Origin: Vitrella brassicaformis CCMP3155
Lineage: Eukaryota > Protista > Chromerida
DNA: 64,000 nt
Direction: 5' to 3'
Assembly: GCA_001179505.1 (NCBI GenBank)
Contig: CDMY01000494.1
Coordinates: 1,564-65,563, forward strand
A program made the translations under genes and the position numbers. Shown here piece by piece: positions 37,501-49,406 of the stretch; within the stretch, counting starts at the first letter, position 1, and the number at the start of each line of letters is the position of its first letter. The notes beneath the pieces are model-generated. The model was not told where the DNA came from. It made no database searches and was given only the letters and a program-made list of their open reading frames with translations.

Positions 37501-37709
37501 TGTGTTCAGGTCAGAAGAAGTATCCTCGTCTGGACAACAATCATGCCATCTTCGACGACATCGAGGTCAGGGACCTACGACCGAGAAACGTGCATACCCT
37601 CTGTATGTGCACGCGTGTCTCTCTCTCTCTGTTTCCTTCACAGGTGCGCCAGACGGGCGAGTACATCCTCTGTCTGCTCCAATACCGAAAGAAGGAGAAC
37701 CTGCCTTAA
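34550..37709 (+). CDS. Predicted secreted protein of unknown function
   Basis: Hydrophobic leader MPMMISFSWLPLALLLYHCEA, a 1.7-kb coding exon, a coiled-coil region, and 3' exons ending GQKKYPRLDNNHAIFDDIE/VRQTGEYILCLLQY. One 3' exon has an unresolved TAG (37295-37297). Confidence 0.6.
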
Positions 37710-38204
37710 GCAGGGGCGGCCTTAACCCAGGTGCTGGAGGGACCGCAAAAGGCATCCGCCGCCACCTTCTCGGTCATGTCGGTCGAACCCGTCGGCACAG
37801 TCGTTGTCGCAAAACGTGAGAGAGCGGATGAGAGACACCGGCGGCTTGGCTTCCTTTCTTGATCGTCGCTCTCTCGTCTGTGTGCGCGTGTGTGTGCAGC
37901 ACTGGGCTCGAGTGCTTTCAGTGTGTTTGGGAGGGGTGGAGGCATGTTCATGGTCGTGTCGATTGTGGCGGTCGTCCCCCACTTATTGGGGTTTGTTTGA
38001 GTCGAGTCGTCGCGGCGGCCATGCCATGTGGCTGTGTGGCCCGGTGCGATGTCATGTAGAGGACGTGTGGATGGATAAGCACTTGCCCATGCTCACAAGG
38101 ACCTCTACCATAGGCCGTCGGAACATGTGTCAAGCCATTGCATTGTAAACGCATCGCGTCCGTCCTATCGACGTAGAGCCCACCCACAAGCCAGCTATGT
38201 ATGT

Positions 38205-39752
38205 CTATGTCTCTTCATCAAGTGCCGCCCTCCTCAGTCTCCTGCCGCCCCGTCTCTTCCAAAATGCCAATCTCTGCAGCAGCGACACCTGCAGGACAGA
38301 AACATGTACATGGCTCATCCACGTGTCGATCTCGCTCACTTCTTACCTTATAGAGAGCCGGTGGGATGTCCTGCAAACTTCGCTGCACATGCCTGTACTC
38401 CTGACACAGCTGTGTCCATGACCAGATGGACGAACAACAGTGAGAGTGCCTCCATGGCGGGGGGGGGGGGGGGGGGGGGNNNNNNNNNNNNNNNNNNNNN
38501 NNNNNNNNNNNNNNNNNNNNNNNNNNNNNNNNNNNNNNNNNNNNNNNNNNNNNNNNNNNNNNNNNNNNNNNNNNNNNNNNNNNNNNNNNNNNNNNNNNNN
38601 NNNNNNNNNNNNNNNNNNNNNNNNNNNNNNNNNNNNNNNNNNNNNNNNNNNNNNNNNNNNNNNNNNNNNNNNNNNNNNNNNNNNNNNNNNNNNNNNNNNN
38701 NNNNNNNNNNNNNNNNNNNNNNNNNNNNNNNNNNNNNNNNNNNNNNNNNNNNNNNNNNNNNNNNNNNNNNNNNNNNNNNGGGGAAGGAATTGTCTCCCTG
38801 ACTTACCGCGCACGGCCAACAGCAGCACACGATGCCCAGATCGTATGCATGATCGATGGCGGGTATCCGAAAGACATAGCGGATTTTGCCGCGCAGCCAC
38901 GCACAGATGAGACACAGGATGATCAGGTGCAGGAGTATCAACCCCTGGTACAACAATATGACCAGCGAGAGATCGCTGTCGCTGGCCAATTCATCCATCT
39001 CGGTGGAGGCGCATTCCTTGTGCAGCCGCTTCATCGACTCATCAAACAATGTCCTCTCCGTCTGCAGCACACACCCACACCGAGAAAGAAACATGGGCAC
39101 TCACTCATTGAGGCGGATGGGCCCGTCCGTCGAGTCGACTGACCTGATTGGCTCTGTATCTCTGAGCATATACCCAGGCGGATGGCCAGTCCATCAGCCC
39201 CTCGTAGACACCAGACACCCTCTCGCCCAGCAGCTGGCTGTGCCACACCACAGACATCCTCGATGGGCACCCGGCAAGGATGGAATACGTGTGCTCGAAA
39301 TGACGCTGCCCACACGCGTAGAACAGATACGTGTACCCACAGGACACGAGAAGCGAGAAGAGGGGGACCACCAGAACGGCACAGCAGTGGAGAGTTCTGG
39401 CCTTGTGGTGGGTGATGCCGGCGAGGCACCAGGGGCAGCAGCAGTGACACCCCACAAGGCACGACAACGCATCCAAATCGCAGCTGCATGCAGTACAGGC
39501 AACACCAAACAGTTTCAACACCGTGTGACACACGATGATCCTGCAGCTGTTTCTGCAGGCACTGGTGTGGCATTCTTACTCGAAGAGGCCGTCCCCCCAT
39601 TGGCCCTCCCACCCTTCAACATCCACCAGGTGCTGCTGTTCCTCGCCTGCTTCAGAGCCTCCCGTTCCGCTTTGTGTCTGTCGTGGCGGCGGTGGGGAGC
39701 CGATCAAACTCCAGCGATGCAGCGGCAACGAGAAATTGGACGTGTCATTCAT
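38205..39752 (-). CDS. PLAC8 (Cys-rich) family membrane protein
   Basis: Spliced WGDGLFD/CDLDALSCLVGCHCCCPWC and LRGKIRYVFRIP..D..VCCCWPCA/LCQEYRHV match the PLAC8 consensus. One intron spans the gap. Confidence 0.85.
38480..38779. other. Assembly gap (300 N) next to a G21 tract
   Basis: N run preceded by poly-G at 38459-38479. Confidence 0.99.
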
Positions 39753-39854
39753 CAGAAAGAGCCGCGTATTGGATTCATCCGCGCAGAAAGAAAGACGCCC
39801 CCAAGCAGCCCCCAAGGCTCATAAGCTCGCTCAAAAGAGCTGGGAGGACAAGGG

Positions 39855-40810
39855 ATGAGTGTAGGTTGGGCAGTGGCGTCAGGCATCATCACGCAGCGAT
39901 TCCTTGCCCTGCAAGACAAGGTAAGTGGGGGAGGAATCATGATCGGAAAACGGAGAAGAGATCTTTGAGGTGGTGTCCTCTCTGTCCGTTCCCTTCAGTG
40001 TATGCTCGATGCTGAGTTCCAGGACCTAGTGAACGACCTGCAGGTCAGCATCGCACACGCCCCAGTCGCTATTTCACATTCCGTGAGCTTCTGGTCGCAG
40101 GAGAATTTCGATGTGGAGGGTGACTCAGTAGCGGATGTGGTCAAAGAGATCAATGACCGTCTGACCCCTCTGGGACTCAGGCTAGACGTACGCTGCACTC
40201 ATGCACACACACACGCACAGAGAGAAAGAGAGAGAGAGAGGTGCATGGCCCTTGAGGCATGTGGTACAGTACGGTGTGTTGTGTGCTATTCCATCCATCC
40301 ATCCATGCATTAGCACGTGCGTCTCGACTCGGGTGACGTGATATGGGGCCTGAAGCTCACCAGCAAGGAGGACGGCCAGAAGATGAGGCAGGCCGCACTA
40401 CTCGACCACGCGCAGCTGGAGGTCGGCAAACCAGGCAACAGAATGCTCACCGTCGAAGATGTCAAGTTTTACAAGGGTAGGGCATTAGAAATGGGAGGGA
40501 GGGAGGGAGGGAGGGAGGGAGGGAGGGGGGAGCGGCCCATCGCATGCCATCCACCCACTTGAATGATTCATTCATGTCATGTAGGTGTATGTGACCGGTT
40601 TGTGAAGGACCGCAGCGCGTTGGACGACAAGGCGCTCGAGGAGGTGGCCGAGAGTGTGTTGGGTGCAGGGGACGCCAGGAAGTACACGAAGAAGGAGCAC
40701 GTGTGCTGTGGCCACACCTACTCTGACATGGACTTCGCTCGTGAGTGGGGTGCTGGGAGGGCGGCCCTGCACTTGTGTGATGTGTGGTCGATGCACACAT
40801 AATCGACTCT

Positions 40811-40842
<32 letters not shown>

Positions 40843-41358
40843 ATGATGCAGTGGACACGTTGAAGAAGAACGGCTGGCTCGTGTACGTGACGTGAAGAAG
40901 AGCTGTGTCCGACAGACAGACAGACAGACAGAAAATCGGAATCCTGTGTCCATCCATCCTTTCATCCGTGTGTGAATGCAGCCCTGCTGACCTCGACGCT
41001 TCCGGGCGCTTTGATCACTTCCTGCCCGGCCCACGCACATACCTGGTAGTCACATAGGCCCAGCTAGCTGCATTTGGCAGACATGATGCCAACCACGCAC
41101 CTGTGTGCCTTTGTGTTGTGTGTGCAGGAGATCTTCAGTGACGACGACAGCGTGTCGGATTGCCCTCTGTGCGAGCAGAAGACCGTGATAGGGGGCGAGA
41201 GCTGCCCCAACGGGCAGTGCCCCCAGTGGTTCCACACACAGTGCATTCAGGAGTATTTCCAGCAGTACCCCGATCGCAGTTGCCCAAGCTGCCGTGTGAA
41301 GTGGCCCGAGGAGGGGGGCGGCCGTCATGGTGACGACGACGACATGATGGGATCATGA
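39855..41358 (+). CDS. NSE1: NSE1-like subunit of the SMC5/6 complex (winged helix + RING-like)
   Basis: LDTLKKNGWLV..FLPGPRTYL/EIF then CPLC..CPNGQCPQWFHTQCIQEYF..CPSCRVKW, the NSE1 RING-like signature. N-terminal VVKEINDRLTPLGLRLD. Confidence 0.8.
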
Positions 41359-41823
41359 CAATGATGGATGACGACAGAAATGTGAATAGAGCGGGTGTTC
41401 GGTGTGTGTACAGAGCGGGTGGTGTGGTGTGATGTCATGCGTTTCTATGAGGTGTTCTGTGCGTGACGATGCTACTTTATGCACTTCATCCATCCATTCA
41501 TCCATCAGTGTCTGTGTCCACCCCACCTGTCCATGCACATGGATGTAATTCTAAGCTACCACAAGCATATGCAGTATGTGCACCCCGCGCCCTCCCGGCC
41601 GAAAAAGGCTCTCTGTCGGCAGGCCAGCCATCAGGTTTCTGCAATAGCTACGTCTCAGAGAGAGGTACAGAGACAGATAGAGAGGGTCCGAAAAATTTGA
41701 AGATCTGCAGCAGCCCAACGTAGCTATGCATGTTGAGCCCTCTCCGAGTCGTAGGCAGGCTACAGCTACCCCTGGCTGATTCGTCTGTACCTGTCTGTCT
41801 GTCTGTCTGTCTCATTCAGTCAG

Positions 41824-44800
41824 TCAGAAGGCAATCCGGGACTCGTCGATGTCCACCCGCACCACATAGCGCATCCTGATCTGATTCTGGGGAGGGACCA
41901 ACACACAACACAACCAAGACACGCACATCCACATGTCTGTCTACCTCTGTGTGTGGTGTGTGACCGCTTAGCTTACGGTGTTGTATACGATGAACTCGTT
42001 GTAGAGGAGGTCCGATTGGGGCTGCAAGCCGGCCGCAGCAGCAGCAGCGGCGCCCATGTTTTGATGGCCATAGGTTCTCGCATGGGGGTCGTTCCACGCC
42101 TGCAGAGGGGCCACACACATGCCGACATCGATCGCATCAGACGTGTGTGGGGTGGGGAGGGGTGTGTGTGTGACCTCTTGGATGTTCTTGGTGTTGGGTG
42201 TCTGTTTGCCGTAGGGGACGTGTATCTCCCCATCGAGTGTGGTGTAGTCGTTAGGGTCGGGGTGGCAGCCGCCGATGCCCCACGTCGAGTGACACCCTGT
42301 CAGACACACAACACACGTCACACACATGATAGAGTGGATGGACGGCCGGCAGGCTTTGGCGTATTTTGTTTGTGTGGGACGCACCTCGTGATTTGCAGGC
42401 CGTGGCGGCCGCGGGGTCGGACTGCAGACGCTTGTAGTGGTCGCCACACGCCACTTCACACTGCACCATATGTGGGTGACATGAGAAGCCCACTCACTCT
42501 GTGTGCCATTCATTGGTGTGCGTGTGTGTGCCTCTAGATAGATGTACCAGGACCAGCACGGCTTTCCCGCCAGCCTGGCTCGCCCAGCAGTAGTTGGAAC
42601 TCTTGGTCACCTGCACACACATACACATACACACACGCAGAGAGAAAGAGAGAAAGCGGCGAGTGTGTGGAAGCCTGTGTATGTGTTTGGTTCGTGTGTG
42701 TGCGTGTGTGTGGCTGTCTGTCTGTCTGTCTGACCATGTCGGCGAAGTAGACGCCCTTGTCAAACATATAACCACTGACACACACCACCAGATGGAGTCA
42801 GCTGCAGCGCAGCGACGGGTGGGTGTTGGTTCTATCTACGTCTCTCTCAAGTAATTTACGCGTGGGGTGCCTCTGGCGGTGCGATCCTCAGGCCCTGGCT
42901 CAAGATGCCCACCCAGTTGGTCTGCAATGACAGTCACGACTGACTGCAGACAGAGCTGTGTCTGTCGCTTGGTGGGTGTCTGTCAGCGGCTGGCTGGCTG
43001 GGCTGGCTGACCAGTCGTGACCCGTGCCAGAGGAGCTTCTTGCAGTGGAGGCTCTTCCGGTACTTGCGGGTCTCAATCTCACGCTCAGCCCTGTGCCACA
43101 CACACACACACACCAGACACACTGACTCATGTGACGTCATGCTGTGTGGGTGGCCATTGGTGCGGTTTGCAAGCTTACGCGAACACGTCGACAACGGTGA
43201 CTTTGCTGTAGTGGGTCCCGCCGTGGGTGTCGTTGACGTACTTCTCGACCATCTGCAGATGGAGGGAGGGAGGGAGGGACAGACAGACAGACACCAACAC
43301 ACACACATCCGTCCATCGTCTGATGGGTGGGTGGTTTGATGTGCGGCTGCCAGTACTGCGTGCCTTGCTTGCCTTGTATTGCTCGTCGTCCTTCTCCAAA
43401 GGTGTGAGGTCTATGTTGAGCTTCTCGTACTGAAGCACCACGGGGTCCACCTCCTTCCTCTGAGCCACCAGACCAGACACACACATGGATGGATGGACGG
43501 ATGGCTGTATGGCACTGCAGCCAGGGGTTGTTCTGTTTAGAGACCTTCTTCTCCTTCTCCGCTTTGTCCAACAGCTCGTTCGCTACGCCATACTGATCAC
43601 ACACACAGACGCACACACACAGAGGCATCGCATCCACGTGTGTGTGTTGCCCTGCGCGGCGCGCATCCACCTCGTAGAGCGACTCCATGAGTTCGATCTT
43701 GTCCTTGAGTGCATTGGCCGTGTCGATGACCGGGGGCGTCTCCTTGACCTTGAACTGATGTGGTATCACCTACACACACACACACACAGAGAGAGAGAGG
43801 GAGAGAAAGAGAGAGAGAGAGACTGCCCTTCTGCTCCATATATGTGTGTGTGTCTGTCTGGAAAGGTGGATACATACGGTGTAGAATTGGTTGCTCATGT
43901 CCTTCAGCCTGGCCCTGAGATGACCGAATGAACCAGGCGGACGATGCGTGTGTGTGCGACGACAGTCTGTCTGTCTGTCTGTCTGTGTGGGGTGAGTGTG
44001 AGTTACTACTGACTGGAATCGCAAGTTGGTGATGTCCTGCCCGGTGTCCTTGGCCTCCTTGAGCAGGCCGTCGATCTGGTTCAAAATCTTGTAACCCGAG
44101 TTGAGCGTGCGCTTCGACAAGCCACCTACACACAGCACACACACACACACATACACAATACCGGTACCGGTATATGTGTGTGTGTGGTGTCTGCGCACCG
44201 AGGGGCATTTTGTTGACGTCAATGCGGCTCTCCTCCAGCACGTGGCGCATCATGTCACCTGCACACAAGCCACCCCCCGCCCCCCCACACAGACACAGAC
44301 ACACAGACACATTCACACACACACAGACGGTAGATGCTGCATAGCCCCTCCCTGCCCCTGCCTTTTACGGTCGCAGATCATTTCGATGAAGTCGCGCAGC
44401 CGGGGGTGCAGCTCAACCACCACCTCCTCATCCTCACCTGCACCCTTCTCGCCCTCAGCACCAGCAGGGTCCGCCCTGCACACACACACCACACACCACA
44501 CACACCCACACAACGAAGACACAGATGGCACAGATGGATGGTGCGGCTGAGTGTCCGTCTGTCGGTCTCTCGATCTTACAGAGCCAGAGATGACGCGGCG
44601 GCAGCTGCAGCAGCGGCAGCAGGTGCTGCTGCCTCCCCCTGCCCCTCCATGTCCTCGTCGTCTGCCTCTTGGGCCTTGAGCTTCTTCCTGAGCGGTGTGG
44701 GCATGTGCTCGTCCTCATCCTCGTACTCATGACCCTCCAACTCCAACACACGGTACCTAGCACCACCACACCACACACCACACACACACCAGACACACAA

Positions 44801-47800
44801 CACATAATGGGTAGGAGGACGGGGGTAGTGGATTTCTTTACTTGTCAGGTTTTTGCTGCGCGTCGAATCTGTCGACCCAGTCGATGCCCGTGCGCTCCTT
44901 GAACTTCTCCTCGTAGTCCTTCTTGGCCATCGCCAGATTGCCGCCGTAGGTCTCTATCCTGCACACCATGTGTGGACAGACACACACACACACACACACA
45001 TGTACTATGTATGTGTTTCGGCGTTTGTGGGAGGGTCAAGTCAGTGCCTAAGCAGTGACTTACATCTCCCCCGCATTGCCAGGTCTGTCGCTCATCCAGT
45101 ACTTGGCTCGGTGCTGGAAACCGCCGCCTCCCTCGTCGCCCGTGCGGCCCCACTTCTTGAACACCTGCACACACACACACACACACGCACACACACACAG
45201 GTGGTTGGTCGATGTGCGTGTGGCTGGGGGGGGGGGGGGGGGGGNNNNNNNNNNNNNNNNNNNNNNNNNNNNNNNNNNNNNNNNNNNNNNNNNNNNNNNN
45301 NNNNNNNNNNNNNNNNNNNNNNNNNNNNNNNNNNNNNNNNNNNNNNNNNNNNNNNNNNNNNNNNNNNNNNNNNNNNNNNNNNNNNNNNNNNNNNNNNNNN
45401 NNNNNNNNNNNNNNNNNNNNNNNNNNNNNNNNNNNNNNNNNNNNNNNNNNNNNNNNNNNNNNNNNNNNNNNNNNNNNNNNNNNNNNNNNNNNNNNNNNNN
45501 NNNNNNNNNNNNNNNNNNNNNNNNNNNNNNNNNNNNNNNNNNNNGCACCCACACACACACCCGGTATGAGAAGCCCTGTTTGTCTCTCTGTGCGCCGCCG
45601 CCCGATCTCGGCTTGGTCTCGTACTCCTCGATGCCGCCCTTGCCGACGAGGAGCTGCATGATGTAGAACTTGTTGATGGAGGTGTCCATCTCGACCTTGG
45701 TCAGCGTCACGTTGTAGGCGTTGTTGTCCTCATCGACGTACACCTTGTTCCACCGCTTCATGCCGTCGTGCTTCACCTGCACACAACACACATGTGAGAT
45801 GTGGGGGGTGTTGGGGCTTTGGTTCTCTCTCACCTTGAGAAGTTCTGAGTTGGGTTTGATGGGGGGTCGTTTGCGCTTGGCCTGGCGGGCGGCCTCCTGC
45901 TTGGCCTCCTCCTCCTTCGCACGCTCCTCGTCAGCCAACAAATCCTACAGTGGGGGGAAGGAACAGACATACAGACACACAGATACAAGCAGTCCTCTCC
46001 CTCTCCCTCTCCCTCTCCACCTCCACCTCCACCTCTCTCTCTCTCTCTGCGTGTGTGTGTTTGGGATGAGGGGAGGGGTGTGGGTACCTTGACTCTGCCC
46101 AGTTTGTCGCCGTGTCCTCCGCCGAGCAGGTACGGCTGCAGGTATTTGCGCTGCCGCAGCAGGATGCCCTGCATCATTCACCACACCACACCACACCAAA
46201 CCGAGAATGCAATGCATAGTACCATACAAGCATGGATACAGAGGATGCCTTCCATCCCCCGACCTACCTTGGCTTTGGGATCCTCCTCCTCCTCGTCATT
46301 GTCATCATCCTCCTCATCCTGACAGTCAGTCGGCAGCAATGAAAGATGGCATGCCGTCCCACCCTGCCCCGCCCCGCCCCTCCCACCCCGGCTCACCTCA
46401 TCGTCCTCTTCCTCATCGTCCTTGGCCGCCGCCGCCGCCATCGCCTCGTCACCGTCATCGTCCTCATCCTCGGCGACGACCTTCTTGCGACCGCCACGAC
46501 CACCACGGCCGCCGGCCTTGCCCTTCCGAGCAGCCTTGCGGACAGGCGCACGCCGTGCTGAGCGGTGAGAATGAGATGACAATGACACGAGAAGATGCAG
46601 GGTGTGTGTGTGTGTGTGTGGTGGTTGTGTGGCTGTGGCACCTTTGGGCTTGGCTTTGCGCTTCTTGGCGGGCGGTGCCTTGGCGCCAGGGGGGACGGGA
46701 TTGCGGAGCGCCAGCGCCAACACAAAGTCAGACTGACGGACCGACAGGCAGCCAGGAGAGAGGCAGGTACAGAGAGAGGCATACGGGCGCAAAAACGTTC
46801 NNNNNNNNNNNNNNNNNNNNNNNNNNNNNNNNNNNNNNNNNNNNNNNNNNNNNNNNNNNNNNNNNNNNNNNNNNNNNNNNNNNNNNNNNNNNNNNNNNNN
46901 NNNNNNNNNNNNNNNNNNNNNNNNNNNNNNNNNNNNNNNNNNNNNNNNNNNNNNNNNNNNNNNNNNNNNNNNNNNNNNNNNNNNNNNNNNNNNNNNNNNN
47001 NNNNNNNNNNNNNNNNNNNNNNNNNNNNNNNNNNNNNNNNNNNNNNNNNNNNNNNNNNNNNNNNNNNNNNNNNNNNNNNNNNNNNNNNNNNNNNNNNNNN
47101 GGGGGAGGGGCTAGGTGCGGGTGTGTGCCTACCACTACGATAGGAATGTTGAGGTCCTCGGCCTCCTTCCACCGGGCCGTCTTGGACGAGGCACGGCTCG
47201 CGGCAACCAGATGGGTAACAGAGGGGCCACACGTCTTCTCCCTGCGTGTGTGTGTGTGCGGGTGGAAGCAAACACACATACACACAAATGGATGGATGGA
47301 TGGATGGATGGCTGTGTGTGCTGTGGATGCTTACTCTACTTCTCCGCCGTGCTGCTCGACCTTCTTCATGAGGTGTGGCCTCTTGGGGTTGCTGAAGCTG
47401 CCGATGAAGCTGAACCGCATCCCGATCATCTCGCTACCCTCCGGCACCTCTGACAAATCCTACACACACACACACACACACGCACACACACAAGTGACAT
47501 CCATACAAGCATCAAGCAGGTGTGGATGGGATACCTCATCCTCAGAATCGTATACGACGGCAGCGGCAGCGGCAGCTGCCGGCTCGCCCGCCTCACCGCC
47601 GCCACGCTTCCCTCTCCTGCACACAAATGTACATGTCCTTATTTCCTGCCTCTCCTCTGTGTCTTTTGCTTCCTGACTGGCACGGCACACACACACGCGC
47701 GAACGTACCCCTTCCCTCCCCCGGCACCCCCAGCAGCAGCAGCGGCGGCCGCACCACCACCACCACCACCGCCCCCTGCGCCGCCCCAGGGGTCCCCCCA

Positions 47801-49406
47801 CTTCTGTTTGGCTGGGTAGGTCTTGGGCTGCTTCCACTCCTTGGTGAACACGGCCATGCGCTTCGCCTCATTCTACACCCACACAGTCCGTGTGCGTGTG
47901 ATGTCTGAGGTTTGCTGTGGGGGTGTGCTGTGGTGTGCCTGACGTACGGTGAATTTGAAGGGCTCGGTGCGTTCGAGGTCTGAGGGGTCCTTGACGCCGG
48001 TGGCGGAGTTGTCGTAGGGCGTGTCGGGGTCACACAAGTCCACCAACACATACCTGTGGAGAGGTAGAGGGGTGTGTGTGTGTGTGTGTGCACGTCACAG
48101 ATCGGCATAGATCGGCATTCATTCATTTGTGTGTGTATGTCACTTGAAGTCGCATTTGGTGGCGCCGCTGACGTAGCCGCGGCAGCGGATGGTGCCGCCC
48201 TCCTAAATGAAGCCCACACAGACACCACAGACACACGGACACACAAACAACGGCAGGCAACACAGAATGGGCGGCTTGTTGGTGCGTGGCTGTTGCCTAC
48301 CTGCATGAGGGCTCTGCAGTCGCATATGGGACACTTGGGGAGCAGCCCAAACACCACCGCGTCGGCAACGTACAGCGCGGCCTGGGCCGGCTGCACCACA
48401 CACACACACACACACAGACACACACACAGACACAGACACACAGACACAGACGATTGGCAACGTATCCATGTGTGTGTTTCTTCTCTGTAAGTGAGAACTC
48501 ACTTTGGTTTTCTTTTCAATGTAGAAGAGGCCATTGGACTGCAGCAGCGGCTCGAGGACGTTCATCTTCTTGGCCTGCAGGACCGTTGCGAGCGACCACA
48601 TCAGCTCGCTGGCCTCCTTGATGGGACGAACACTCGGACTAACACGCACACCACACACATATCATTGGATGGATGGATGGATGGATGGATGGAGGGGGCG
48701 GTGTGCCCCCCTCCCGGCCTCCTCCCGGCCTCCCGGCCCTCTCACTCACTGGTTCTCGTCGATGTGTTTGTCGAACCGCTCGGCCACCGACACTGCGTCT
48801 GCCCAGCGCACTGCCTGCCAACCTGCACAACACAACACACACAACACCACACCAGGACCGATGGCAAATGGACAGACACAGACACAGACACCCGCACACG
48901 CCCACAGGCCCGTCAGGTCGGCCTGCATCACCTTTGAGTGAGTTGATGTCTTTTGCGAGTTTGGGTATGGCGCATTTGGTGTGGTAGAACTTGTCGTCGA
49001 ACCCGTCGTGGAAGTCGCTGCGCTTCGGGACATTCAGCCGCAGGGCGCCCTGCTGAATGGCCAAGCCGCACAACTGAAGGAATGAATGGACGAAGGAATG
49101 GACGAAGGAAGGGAGCTATGCGGGGTGGTGTTGGGGATGATGAGATGCTCTCTGTCCATCCATCCATCTGTGTGCCTGTCTGTCTGTCTGTGTGTCTGTC
49201 TGTCTGTGTGTCTGTCTGCGTACCTACCTGGCAGCTCGCCCGGCCAGTCGGGGCATAGTCCACCTGCAACCACACACACACACACAAAATGCTCCAAGAC
49301 GTCAGGGAGGGCACTGAGCGTGGCGTCGTGTGTGTGGCGTCATATATCCATGGCAGCCGTGCTGTGTGCCTACGGTACCCACCTCAGGGTCAGGTTTGTG
49401 CGTCAT
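41824..49406 (-). CDS. PARP1: Poly(ADP-ribose) polymerase, PARP1-like (zf-PARP, PADR1, BRCT, WGR, regulatory, catalytic)
   Basis: About 30 exons. zf-PARP: VDYAPTGRASCQ..FYHTKC. PADR1: ADAVVFGLLPKCPIC. BRCT: FSFIG..VTHLV..AEDLNIPIV. WGR: NKFYIMQLL..FKKWGRTG. Regulatory: DVNKMPLG, VIPH. Catalytic: [58 protein letters not shown], so the H-Y-E triad is intact. Confidence 0.96.
45245..45544. other. Assembly gap (300 N) next to a G19 tract, within the PARP WGR region
   Basis: N run preceded by poly-G at 45226-45244. Confidence 0.99.
46801..47100. other. Assembly gap (300 N) at the PARP BRCT end
   Basis: N run followed by a G-rich stretch at 47101. Confidence 0.99.
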
